DNA from: a virus
Lineage: Duplodnaviria; Caudoviricetes
Strand: one strand, 5' to 3'
DNA length: 35,890 bases
Virus record (IMG/VR): IMGVR_UViG_3300044229_003739
Location: 1 to 35,890 of that record
The first letter of the stretch is position 1; every line of letters starts with the position of its first letter. Under the pieces are notes generated by a model, which was not told the origin of the DNA, ran no database searches, and was given only the letters and a program-made list of their open reading frames with translations. Positions 1 to 8,511 of this stretch are shown piece by piece. The position numbers and the translations under genes were made by a program.

Positions 1-723
1 TTACAACCACCCCGCAGACCACACGGCCCGCCCGATGATATCCAGTTCGTGCAAGCGGTCACGCGGCACAACCACTTCGCGGTATTCCTTGTTGGTGCTG
101 ATGATGCTCACGCCGTCGAAGTTACGCTGTAGGCGCTTGGCGTAGAGGTGTCCATCCAGGCGAAGGATATAGATACCCTCGCCCTCAATCGTTGTCCTGG
201 TGTGGTCGATCAGCACGGTGTCACCACTGTGCAGTATCGGCTCCATGCTGTCGCCGTCTATGCGGATCGCTGAAAGGTGCTCCGGCGTCAGGCCCTGCTT
301 GCGCAGTGAGTAGCGCGTGAAGCTGATGTGCGTTAGCACACGACAGTTCTCGTTCCAGGCTCCATCGCCTGCGCTGCACTGCGCGTCATACAGCGGCACA
401 AAGGCGTAATCCTCCATGCCGTGCACTTCCGTATCCGGAATTGACGGGCTCTGGCCCAGTTGCTTTGCCCCTTCGCCTGTGGCCACCCAATCAAGCGAGA
501 CCCCTGCTTTCTGTGCCAGGCGGGAAATACTGTCAAGCGCTGGTATCGAGTCACCCGCGAGCCACCTATGGAATGTCGATAGAGCAACACCAGCGGCTTG
601 AGCGGCTTTTTTGCGCCCTCCCAACATTTCTGAAATCTCGGAAATGCGAGTTCCGATTCCTTTATCGGGATTCGGAACTGAACCATCAGCATTTTTGTTC
701 AGTTCTGATTCTTCGTAAGCCAT
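1..723 (-). CDS. Phage immunity repressor, XRE-type HTH plus S24 (LexA/CI-like) peptidase domain
   Basis: HTH KKAAQAAGVALSTFHRWL...VSLDWVATG; Ala-Gly site (CSAGDG); catalytic Ser (GDSMEP) and Lys (YAKRL); divergent from ner. Start taken at ATG 723; the ORF is open to 765. Confidence 0.92.
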   Translation of the reverse strand: MAYEESELNKNADGSVPNPDKGIGTRISEISEMLGGRKKAAQAAGVALSTFHRWLAGDSIPALDSISRLAQKAGVSLDWVATGEGAKQLGQSPSIPDTEVHGMEDYAFVPLYDAQCSAGDGAWNENCRVLTHISFTRYSLRKQGLTPEHLSAIRIDGDSMEPILHSGDTVLIDHTRTTIEGEGIYILRLDGHLYAKRLQRNFDGVSIISTNKEYREVVVPRDRLHELDIIGRAVWSAGWL

Positions 724-819
724 TGATATTAACCCATAATTCCTTATAAGGGATAATAACCCCAAATAAGAGACAAAAAGAACTCCGTAAAAGGATTGAT
801 ATGTTCCGAATGTGGAGTT
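649..819. promoter_or_regulatory. Putative repressor/Ner operator cluster (GTTCCGA-like half-sites)
   Basis: Inverted repeat AGTTCCGA 649-656 / TCGGAACT 672-679; GTTCTGA 702-708; GTTCCGA 803-809 in the Pe spacer; AACTCC 781-786 / GGAGTT 814-819. Confidence 0.5.
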
Positions 820-824
820 ATGTT
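796..824 (+). promoter_or_regulatory. Putative sigma70 early promoter (Pe)
   Basis: TTGATA (796-801), 17 bp spacer, TATGTT (819-824), upstream of ner. Confidence 0.55.
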
Positions 825-876
825 TATGGGGAACGACAGGTTAGACACCCCAAAAAAACGCCACCGAGGTGACGCC

Positions 877-1221
877 ATGAACCACGAAATTCCTATCAAT
901 CCTACCCAGCGCTGGGAGTGGCTGAAGTACCAACTCCGCAGCCAGGGTTCTAGCCTGCGAAAGTTAAGCGACGAACTGGGTGTCACCGGCAATGCCGTGC
1001 AAATGGCGAAGTACACCCCTTACCCACGCATGGAACGCGCTATCGCCAAAAAGCTTGGCCTAACTCCTCAAGCTATTTGGCCAGAGCGCTGGAACCCAAA
1101 CGGTACGCCGTGCCGTGAACGCCCCAATCGTGCCGAGCTATGTCAGAAGTCAATGCGCGACAACACCAATACTAGCGTTTCTAACGCGTCTACGCATCGT
1201 CAAATGGTGCGGGAGGCTTAG
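877..1221 (+). CDS. ner: Ner/Nlp-family DNA-binding protein
   Basis: WLKYQLRSQGSSLRKLS...PYPRMERAIAKKLGLTPQAIWPERW is a Ner signature; RBS GAGGT 866-870 before ATG 877. Confidence 0.92.
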   Translation: MNHEIPINPTQRWEWLKYQLRSQGSSLRKLSDELGVTGNAVQMAKYTPYPRMERAIAKKLGLTPQAIWPERWNPNGTPCRERPNRAELCQKSMRDNTNTSVSNASTHRQMVREA

Positions 1222-1223
1222 TC

Positions 1224-1661
1224 ATGAGGCGCGTCAAAGATACCCAAACCCTAGACATCTTCGAAGTGCCTGCCCCCGTAGTGCCCTTGCCGGGCAGTGG
1301 CAACTACGCCAGCCAGGTGAGCGAGCTGGTTGGCGTAGTGCTTAAAGACTGCCCCGTGGACCGTTACGAAGTCGCGGCACAAATGAGCCGCCTTTCTGGC
1401 GACGACGTCTCCAAGCACATGCTGGATGCGTGGAGCTCGCCGGGGCGTAGCGACCACAACATCCCTTTCTATCGCATTCCGCTTTTGGAGGAAGTCTGCC
1501 AGAGCCACGCCTTTACCGACTGGATCGTTCACCTGCGTGGCGGCCGCGTGGCCTATGGCCGTGAAGCGCTGGCCGCCGAGTACGGCAAACGCCAGCAGAT
1601 GCTCGAAAAGCTCAAAGGAGACATGAAGGAACTCAAGCGGCTAATGGGGGATGACCAATGA
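1224..1661 (+). CDS. Mu-like phage early protein, possible regulator
   Basis: 145-aa ORF between ner and A, ATGA-coupled to A, C-terminal coiled coil. Confidence 0.75.
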   Translation: MRRVKDTQTLDIFEVPAPVVPLPGSGNYASQVSELVGVVLKDCPVDRYEVAAQMSRLSGDDVSKHMLDAWSSPGRSDHNIPFYRIPLLEEVCQSHAFTDWIVHLRGGRVAYGREALAAEYGKRQQMLEKLKGDMKELKRLMGDDQ

Positions 1662-3715
1662 ACTGGTACTCCGCTAAAGAATTGGCCGGTTTACCTGGAA
1701 TGCCCGGCACAGAGCGAGGCGTGAAGAAAGCCGCTGAACGCCAGGGCTGGGAAGGCCAGCAGCGCATGGGCAGCAAGGCCGTCGAATACGCCTTCGCCGT
1801 GCTGCCTACCGACACCCAGAACGCGCTGCTTTTGGCACAGGCGGAGAACGCCGAGCCCGCACCCGCCAGCACCGTAGCCTCAACACCTGAAGACCCGCGC
1901 CCAGGGCAGCAGCAGCTGACCGACGCACAGCGCCAGGTAATGAGCGCCCGCGTGGCGTTCGTTCGCGAGATCGAACGCATGAGCCGGATGGTCAGCCAGC
2001 AGCGCGCCATCGAAACGTTAGTCGCCCATGCCAAAGAGGACGATCTAACGCCGTACCTTAAAGAGCGCGTGGTGCTTGCCAACGACCGAAAGACCGCCAC
2101 CCGCAACCTCAGCGAACGCACCCTAAAGCGCTGGATCAGCGACTTTAAAAAGCACGGCGAGCGTGGCCTAGCCCCCAAGCGCCGCCAGGCAGACATGAGC
2201 ATGCCGCCCTGGGCTGGTGATTTTCTCAAGCGTTACCAACGCCCTCAGAAGCCCAGCGTGGAAGCGGCCTATCAAATGCTGGTCGAACAGACCCCGCCGC
2301 CACACCCCTCTATCCACCAGGTGCGCCGCTGGCTTGCCAAGCTCAGCCCGGAAGCCCGCGAGCGTGGCCGCATGGGCGCGCATGAAATCAAAGCGCTCCA
2401 GCCGTTCAAGCGCCGCAGCAGCAAAGACCTTTGGCCCAACGATGTGTGGGTCGCGGATGGCCATACCTTCGACGCCGAAGTGATCAACCCACTGACCGGC
2501 CAAGCGTTCCGCCCCGAGGTCACGCTGATCATCGACTGGGCAACGCGCCGCATCGTTGGCTTTGCCTTGAACCTTGCCGAATCAACTCTGGCCACGCTGG
2601 ATGCGCTACGCGATGCCGTCAGCCGCGCGGGCATGTTCAATCTGTTCTACGTCGATAACGGCTCAGGCTTCGATAACGCCACGGTGTATGAAGTGGTCGA
2701 CCGTCTCGGCGGCACCATCACCCACTCGCTGCCATACAACTCCCAGGCGCGCGGTGTGATCGAGCGCGCCCACCAAAGCACCCTGGTCAAGCTCGCCAAG
2801 ACCATGAGCAGCTACATCGGCGCGGACATGGATAAAGAAGCGTTGACCAGGGCGCACAAGCTCAGCCGCCGCGACATCAAGAAAGGCCTCAAGCCTGCGT
2901 TGATCCCCACGTTCCAGGAGTTTTTCGACCGGCTCAATGACGCCCTGGACGTCTATAACCACCGCCCGCACTCGGGCCTGAGCAAAATTCGCGACCTGGA
3001 CAGCGGCAGGCTGCGCCACCAAAGCCCCATGGAAGCCTGGAAGAACGCCGAGGCCGAAGGCTTTGAAGCGCTGACCGCACCGAGTGATGTGGTCGCCTCG
3101 CTCATGCGCCCGCAAGAAGTGCGCAAAACCAACCGTGGCGAGGTTCGCATCAACGGCGGAACCTACTTTATGGACGCCCTGCGCGACTTCCACGGCGAAG
3201 AGATCCGCGTGGCGTGGGACTACCGCGACACCGGCAGCGTCGGCGTCTACACCCTGGACGGCGAACACCTGGGCGATGCCCAGCTAGACGGCAACGCCAC
3301 CCCCGCAATGCCCGCCAGCATGATCCAGCGCGCCGCCGAGAAACGCGAGAAAGGCCAGCTCAACCGCCTGGCGCAGAAAGCCAAAACCATCACCGGCAGC
3401 GACGTCGAGATCCGCGCGATTACCCCCGCCGCCAGCTACTCGGACGAAAAGCAGTCAGCCGCAGGCCGCGCCTACGCCAAGCAATTGGCGGATGAAGGCA
3501 CTCGCTTTCAGATACCCAACAACAAAATGGAGCGGTACCGGCTTTGGAAAAAGCTGGATGGACAGTTGCAACAAGGAGAGGAAGTGCCTGAAGCCGCCCG
3601 TGAATGGCATGAACGTTATCAGCACCACAGTGATTTAAAAGCCATCGCCAAAGTGATGGATGCAGAAGTGGATGCGGGTGGGCGGCAACCCACCCGCAAC
3701 CGCCGGGCCGTCTGA
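1658..3715 (+). CDS. MuA-like DDE transposase
   Basis: N-terminal Mu HTH (WYSAKELAGLPGMP); catalytic triad WVADGH / YVDNGSGF / ARGVIERAH; Mu-type C-terminal beta domain. Confidence 0.96.
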   Translation: MNWYSAKELAGLPGMPGTERGVKKAAERQGWEGQQRMGSKAVEYAFAVLPTDTQNALLLAQAENAEPAPASTVASTPEDPRPGQQQLTDAQRQVMSARVAFVREIERMSRMVSQQRAIETLVAHAKEDDLTPYLKERVVLANDRKTATRNLSERTLKRWISDFKKHGERGLAPKRRQADMSMPPWAGDFLKRYQRPQKPSVEAAYQMLVEQTPPPHPSIHQVRRWLAKLSPEARERGRMGAHEIKALQPFKRRSSKDLWPNDVWVADGHTFDAEVINPLTGQAFRPEVTLIIDWATRRIVGFALNLAESTLATLDALRDAVSRAGMFNLFYVDNGSGFDNATVYEVVDRLGGTITHSLPYNSQARGVIERAHQSTLVKLAKTMSSYIGADMDKEALTRAHKLSRRDIKKGLKPALIPTFQEFFDRLNDALDVYNHRPHSGLSKIRDLDSGRLRHQSPMEAWKNAEAEGFEALTAPSDVVASLMRPQEVRKTNRGEVRINGGTYFMDALRDFHGEEIRVAWDYRDTGSVGVYTLDGEHLGDAQLDGNATPAMPASMIQRAAEKREKGQLNRLAQKAKTITGSDVEIRAITPAASYSDEKQSAAGRAYAKQLADEGTRFQIPNNKMERYRLWKKLDGQLQQGEEVPEAAREWHERYQHHSDLKAIAKVMDAEVDAGGRQPTRNRRAV

Positions 3716-3756
3716 ACCACGGCCCATGACACCCCAACCTTGAATAAGGAAGCACT

Positions 3757-4476
3757 ATGAGCGTCAACACCATTGTACCACTCACCAACGTCGGCTTACT
3801 TGCGGCAGCGGTCGAAAGCGCCGCCAACCGCCCACCGGAGCTGCCTGGCTTGGTGGTCATGTACGGCCCCAGCGGCTACGGCAAAAGCCTGGCGGCGGCC
3901 TACGCCGCCAACATGCACCGCGCCTACTACGTCGAGTGCCGCGAAAGCTGGACCAAGAAAGCCTTTGTGGTCGCCGTACTGCGCGAGATGGGCATCATCC
4001 CCATGAAAACGCTGAGCGAGATGGTCGACCAGATCGCCGAGCAACTCTCCCGCTCGGGTCGCCCGCTGATCATTGATGACGTCCAGTACGTGATCGATAA
4101 AGCAGCGGCCAACGTCCTCACCGACATCTATAACGCCAGCCAAGGGACGCTAATCCTGATCGGTGAAGAGCGCGTGCCCGCGTCAATGGCCCGGCTGGAG
4201 CGCCTGCACAACCGCGTACTGGAATGGGTGCCCGCCCAAGCCGCCAGCCTGGAAGACGTGCGCGCCCTGGCCGACAAAAGCTACCCCGATATCGAGATCG
4301 AAGACGAACTGCTGGAAACCGTCAACGACCGCGTTAAAGGCTGCCTGCGCCGCGTCGCCGTCAACCTCTACCAGATCAACTCGGAAGCCACCGCCAACGG
4401 ATGGACGGTTGTCGGCCTGCGGGAATGGGGCGAGCGTGAGATCCACACCGGCCAGCCACCGGCGAGGAGGGGCTAA
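3757..4476 (+). CDS. MuB-like AAA+ transposition ATPase
   Basis: Walker A GPSGYGKS; Walker B LIIDDVQ; directly downstream of the transposase; RBS AAGGA. Confidence 0.92.
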   Translation: MSVNTIVPLTNVGLLAAAVESAANRPPELPGLVVMYGPSGYGKSLAAAYAANMHRAYYVECRESWTKKAFVVAVLREMGIIPMKTLSEMVDQIAEQLSRSGRPLIIDDVQYVIDKAAANVLTDIYNASQGTLILIGEERVPASMARLERLHNRVLEWVPAQAASLEDVRALADKSYPDIEIEDELLETVNDRVKGCLRRVAVNLYQINSEATANGWTVVGLREWGEREIHTGQPPARRG

Positions 4477-4479
4477 GGC

Positions 4480-5109
4480 ATGGCAAAACGTAAACCCCAA
4501 CTCAACGCCCAAGGGCCGCGCATCGACCGCCAGGCCATTTGGGAAACCCTACGCGACATGCACGCCAAAGGGTTGGCCATCACCACGGTCGACGTATCGC
4601 TACTGATGCCGGATGCCGTCAGCCAGGGCCGCGTACGTGACTACCTGAACGGCCTCGAAAAAGGCGGCTACCTCGCCCGTCTCGATGTACCCCGCAAAAG
4701 CGGCGAGCCGGTGCAGTTCAAGCTTGAAAAAGACGTCGGCGTGGAAGCCCCGCGCGTGCGCAAAGACGGCTCCACACCCACAGGTGGCCTTGGCCGTGAA
4801 CAGATGTGGCGCACGCTTAAGATCGTCGGCGACTGCACCGCCCGCGAACTGGCGGATGCGGCCACGACGCCCAAGGTCGAGATCGCCGAGACCACGGCCA
4901 ACGAATACCTGCGCTTTCTGGCAGCGGCCGAGTACGTCGCCATCGTCCGCCCTGGCTCACCCGGCGTGCTGACCCGCTACCGGTTGGTCAGTACACGCTG
5001 GACAGGCCCGCGCGCGCCGATGATCCAGCGCACCAAGCAACTCTATGACCCCAACACCGGTGAAGTGGTGTACGTCCGCGTCACCAAAACCGAAGGGGGT
5101 GAGCCATGA
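4480..5109 (+). CDS. Hypothetical phage protein with probable tandem winged-HTH domains
   Basis: Two HTH-like repeats (VRDYLNGLEKGGYL and ANEYLRFLAAAEYV); operon-coupled. Confidence 0.7.
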   Translation: MAKRKPQLNAQGPRIDRQAIWETLRDMHAKGLAITTVDVSLLMPDAVSQGRVRDYLNGLEKGGYLARLDVPRKSGEPVQFKLEKDVGVEAPRVRKDGSTPTGGLGREQMWRTLKIVGDCTARELADAATTPKVEIAETTANEYLRFLAAAEYVAIVRPGSPGVLTRYRLVSTRWTGPRAPMIQRTKQLYDPNTGEVVYVRVTKTEGGEP

Positions 5110-5492
5110 AAGACATCATCCGCCGTACCCGCACCGTCGACATCTCCAACTGGGGTGACGACGTGCCGCGCTGGATCGTGCTGCTCGCAGACGAAGTGCG
5201 CGCCACCAATCGCAAGATCACCGCCGAGCGCATCGGCGTCTCGCGTAGCGCGGTGTCGTTGGCACTGGCCAACCGTTACCCCAGCCCTTCCACCGCGAGC
5301 ATCGAAAAGAAGGTGCTTGAAGCACTCGACGGCCTCGACTGCCCGGCGCTTGCTATCAAGATCAGCGCCGAGCAGTGCCGCGACTACCGCGCACGCCCCG
5401 CGCCGACCCACAACCCCATGGCCATGCGCATGTGGCAGCACTGCCAGCGCTGCCCCCACAACCCCGACAACCAGGACGGAGGTGACCAATGA
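5106..5492 (+). CDS. XRE-like HTH protein with Cys-rich C-terminus
   Basis: TAERIGVSRSAVSLALANRYP HTH; CP...C...CQRCPHN; ATGA overlap. Confidence 0.75.
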   Translation: MKDIIRRTRTVDISNWGDDVPRWIVLLADEVRATNRKITAERIGVSRSAVSLALANRYPSPSTASIEKKVLEALDGLDCPALAIKISAEQCRDYRARPAPTHNPMAMRMWQHCQRCPHNPDNQDGGDQ

Positions 5493-6130
5493 CCCTTAAA
5501 GCGACGTGCCCCGAGTGCGGCATGACAGCCGACATGGCCGCCTTCGTCACCCAGGGCGAACACAACCTAGCGTTAGCGGCAGCGCTAGATATGCCCGCGA
5601 TGCTGAGCAGCCGTATCGTGCGCTACCTCGGCTTTTTCCGGCCTGCCAGCCGAGCGCTGGCCAGCGCCAAGAGCGCCCGCCTGCTAACCGAGCTGAAAGA
5701 CACGATCACCAGCGGCGTGATCGAGCGTAAGGGAATCACGCGGGAAGCACCGCTCAAGGTGTGGGTGATGGCCCTCGACCAGATGCTGGAAAGCCCACCC
5801 AGCGGCCTACCGCTAAGCGGCCACGGCTACCTCTATGAAGTCGTCGCCCGCTGCGCCGACCGCCATGCCGGTGAGCAGGAAAGGCAGCAGGAAGAAGCCA
5901 AGCGCAGCGGTGCCAAAACGCCTGCAAATCGCGCCACCGCTGCCGCGTTTCAAGAGCGCTCGACCGATGACGTGCTGGCCGAACATGCCCGTATGGCTAA
6001 CCGCCAATCCACGGTGGCCAATGTCCAAAAGGGCCAGCGCCACAACGCCAAAACGACTGAGCAAGCCAATGCCCCCAAGCGCTTATCGGAGCTGTTGAAA
6101 GGGGCTGCCAGCAAGGGAGACGACCAATGA
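5489..6130 (+). CDS. Hypothetical Mu-like phage protein (N-terminal CxxC)
   Basis: ATGA overlaps at both ends; RBS GGAGGT; TCPECG. Confidence 0.75.
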   Translation: MTLKATCPECGMTADMAAFVTQGEHNLALAAALDMPAMLSSRIVRYLGFFRPASRALASAKSARLLTELKDTITSGVIERKGITREAPLKVWVMALDQMLESPPSGLPLSGHGYLYEVVARCADRHAGEQERQQEEAKRSGAKTPANRATAAAFQERSTDDVLAEHARMANRQSTVANVQKGQRHNAKTTEQANAPKRLSELLKGAASKGDDQ

Positions 6131-6534
6131 CCACCTACAGCGATGAAACCCTGGAGCAATACGCCGACCGTTTCGTGCAACTGCGCTTGGCCCGCCACGG
6201 CGTCAACCTGGCGCAGTACTTGGCCAACCCGGTTCAGTTCGAACGCCTGGCGTTGGAGCCGGAACCGCTACTACCCGCCCAGCAAGCCGCTGTGCTTCGC
6301 ATCTGGCAGCGCTGGGATACCGGCCTGGCCGAGCAGCCAGCCGCTGCACAGGAAAGCTCGGTACCGGACTGGGACTGGCGCGACCTGCTTGAGCGCTGGC
6401 GTTGTGAAACCGAACAGGACGAGCGGGCGGTGGCGCGTATGCAGCAGCGCAACGGTGCCTATGTCGAGCCGCTGCACCACCACCGGCACAACGCCCGTAA
6501 TCGCAGTGCCAACTTTGCCAAGCGAGGTGCCTGA
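6127..6534 (+). CDS. Hypothetical phage protein
   Basis: 135 aa, translationally coupled on both sides. Confidence 0.65.
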   Translation: MTTYSDETLEQYADRFVQLRLARHGVNLAQYLANPVQFERLALEPEPLLPAQQAAVLRIWQRWDTGLAEQPAAAQESSVPDWDWRDLLERWRCETEQDERAVARMQQRNGAYVEPLHHHRHNARNRSANFAKRGA

Positions 6535-6875
6535 TGAGCCACATGGTCCTCTCCCATTTACAGGCCAACGACGGTGCCACGCTCGATGAGCTATGCACCG
6601 CCACCGGCCTGAACGCTGACGCAGTGCGCCACATCCTCACCGGCCTGGTGAATAGCCGCTTTGTGATCGGCGTCGCGCGCTACAACCGCGCGCCGAAGTT
6701 CTACGCCGTCACTAGCCAGGGCCACTGCGAGTGGTGCGGCCTCTACGAGCATCGCCGCGTTGCCGCCATGTGCTCGCGCTGTATCGAGAAAAGCAGTGGC
6801 CTGGAGCCGCTGACCGAAACGCACGTAGCTGCGCTACCGGCAGGCCTAAACACACCCGAAAGGAGCCAAGCATGA
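6534..6875 (+). CDS. Hypothetical protein, wHTH plus CxxC/CxxC zinc-finger-like
   Basis: ATLDELCTATGLNADAVRHILTGL; CEWC...CSRC; TGATG coupling. Confidence 0.65.
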   Translation: MSHMVLSHLQANDGATLDELCTATGLNADAVRHILTGLVNSRFVIGVARYNRAPKFYAVTSQGHCEWCGLYEHRRVAAMCSRCIEKSSGLEPLTETHVAALPAGLNTPERSQA

Positions 6876-7504
6876 ACGCCCAAGCGAATGAAACACAGCA
6901 AGTACCCGACGGCTTCCGCATGGATGCCAAAGGCCGACTGGTGCCCGAAGAGCAAATCAAAGAAATCGACCAGCTACGAGATGAGCTAGTGCTCTCGATT
7001 ATTGACCGCGCGTGTGAGCTGCGCGATCAGCTTCGCGACTTCAAAAGCGACGTGTTCAGCGAGATCGAAGCCTTTGTGCAGACCTCCGCCCAGGAGTACG
7101 ACGTCCAGATCGGTGGCAAGAAAGGCAACATCCAGCTGGTCAGCTTCTGTGGAAAATACAAAGTGCTGCGCGCCATCTCCGAAAACATCACCTTCGATGA
7201 GCGTTTGCAAGCGGCCAAAGGGCTGATTGAAGAGTGCCTGCGGGACTGGACAACAGACGCCCGCCCCGAGGTGGCCACCATCGTTCAGGACGCCTTCCGC
7301 GTCGACCAGGCAGGCAACATCCGCACCGGCCAGGTGCTCGGCCTGCGCCGCCTCAACATTCAGGACAAACGCTGGCTGCGCGCCATGGATGCCATTAGCG
7401 ATGCCATCCAGGTGACTGGCTCCAAGAGCTACATCCGTATCTATGAGCGAGTCGGCAGTACCGACCAGTACAAACCCATCAGCCTAGATATCGCGGGGGT
7501 GTAA
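6872..7504 (+). CDS. DUF3164-family Mu-like phage protein
   Basis: PDGFRMDAKGRLVP...GGKKGNIQLVSF...FDERLQAAKGLI...SKSYIRIYER; RBS AAGGAG before ATG 6872. Confidence 0.88.
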   Translation: MNAQANETQQVPDGFRMDAKGRLVPEEQIKEIDQLRDELVLSIIDRACELRDQLRDFKSDVFSEIEAFVQTSAQEYDVQIGGKKGNIQLVSFCGKYKVLRAISENITFDERLQAAKGLIEECLRDWTTDARPEVATIVQDAFRVDQAGNIRTGQVLGLRRLNIQDKRWLRAMDAISDAIQVTGSKSYIRIYERVGSTDQYKPISLDIAGV

Positions 7505-7507
7505 GCC

Positions 7508-7660
7508 ATGCCTAGCAAATGCGAGTTCTTTTACAAGCTCCAGGAGCGCGGCATTACCGCCGCGCAAGCTAAGAAATGGCTCAAGGCCAATCCGCCGCGT
7601 AAGGGTTGGAAGCATAGCGCCTGGCGCTGGGCCTTTGAGCAGATGGGAGACGCATCATGA
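7508..7660 (+). CDS. Small basic Trp-rich protein, 50 aa (not in ORF track)
   Basis: MPSKCEFFYKLQERGITAAQAKKWLKANPPRKGWKHSAWRWAFEQMGDAS; starts 3 nt after the DUF3164 stop; its TGA overlaps the next ATG. Confidence 0.65.
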   Translation: MPSKCEFFYKLQERGITAAQAKKWLKANPPRKGWKHSAWRWAFEQMGDAS

Positions 7661-7893
7661 CCGCTATCAACAACGCCTCATCCATCCGCGTCAGCCCCGC
7701 CATGGGCGGGTTTGTCGCCATTCTGCGCGGCCAACGCGCCACGGGCACCACCCATCGCGACGCAGCGCTTGCTGTCGCGCGGCGGGTGTACGGCCCACGG
7801 GTCAACGTCGTCAACGACTACCTTCGCTACTCCGATCCGATGGCGGGCATCTAGTACCGCTATTACATCACCCATCAGCGAGGTGCCGCATGA
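7657..7893 (+). pseudogene. Small early gene interrupted by an in-frame TAG at 7852-7854
   Basis: Frame continues past the TAG (YRYYITHQRGAA) to TGA 7891-7893, which overlaps the next ATG as neighbouring genes do. Confidence 0.55.
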
Positions 7894-8228
7894 GCAAAGT
7901 TGAAATCACCAGCATGAATGTCGTCGTGGATAAGCAAGCAATCGGCCAAGCATTCACCACGCTGGCAGCGCCGATCATTGCCGCAAAAGCACTAGCTGAT
8001 TGTTATGGCGATGAGGCAGCTAAAACGATGCTGGGCTTGGAGCCAAAGGAGGATCTCGATAAGTCAGGCGAAGTAGTGCTTGGCACCTACAACGGCCTGG
8101 TATGTCGCCTGGTGATTGAGCCTGAAAGTGGTAGCTGGATGGGTGGCAGCCTAACGCATGAGCCAGTTCAAGGTATCACCATTCAAAACATGGAAGTGAA
8201 TGGCAAGAAGTTAAAGGTCGGAGCATAG
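7890..8228 (+). CDS. Hypothetical protein, 112 aa
   Basis: RBS GAGGTG, ATG 7890 (MSKVEITSM...); visibly AT-richer than its neighbours. Confidence 0.65.
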   Translation: MSKVEITSMNVVVDKQAIGQAFTTLAAPIIAAKALADCYGDEAAKTMLGLEPKEDLDKSGEVVLGTYNGLVCRLVIEPESGSWMGGSLTHEPVQGITIQNMEVNGKKLKVGA

Positions 8229-8282
8229 CGAAACGCCCCATACGGGGCGTCTGCCGGGCGTGGTGGCCCGGCACTGATGAGC
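8228..8282 (+). ncRNA. Hammerhead ribozyme, type II topology
   Basis: GC-GAAA(8230-8233), stem III CGCCCC/ATAC/GGGGCG, GTC triplet (8249-8251), stem I TGCCGGGC/GTGGTG/GCCCGGCA, CTGATGA (8274-8280), GC. All conserved core nucleotides present; intergenic. Confidence 0.9.
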
Positions 8283-8298
8283 AGCCCGGAGACGATTT

Positions 8299-8511
8299 AT
8301 GCCAAGGGGACAACGATCACAGATCGCGATGACCGATATCGGCCCAGAGAAGCTATGCACGAAATGCGACGAATGGTGGCCGGACGATAGCGAGTTTTTT
8401 TACCTAACGCGCGGCGTAACCATTCAGCCGTGCAAGGCCTGCTATGAGCAGCTGCCATCGGTGATCCGAAAAAGAGCAAAACAGCGCAAACAGCCAGCGG
8501 AGTCAGTATGA
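8299..8511 (+). CDS. Small zinc-finger protein (CxxC...CxxC)
   Basis: KLCTKCDEWWP...FF...CKACY; RBS GGAG 8288-8291; ATGA overlap with next gene. Confidence 0.7.
   Translation: MPRGQRSQIAMTDIGPEKLCTKCDEWWPDDSEFFYLTRGVTIQPCKACYEQLPSVIRKRAKQRKQPAESV

Noticed and set aside
3705-3725. GGGCCGT/ACGGCCC hairpin spanning the transposase stop
   Set aside because: Short GC stem with no U-tract; expected by chance at this GC content
6531-6545. Other CTGATGA words (6531 and about 10414) as further hammerheads
   Set aside because: No correctly placed GAAA with flanking stems; both overlap coding sequence
6731-6871. Upstream extension of the DUF3164 ORF (likewise 7635-7889, 32990-33052, 796-876)
   Set aside because: Overlap upstream genes or promoters; downstream ATGs have clear RBSs and coupling
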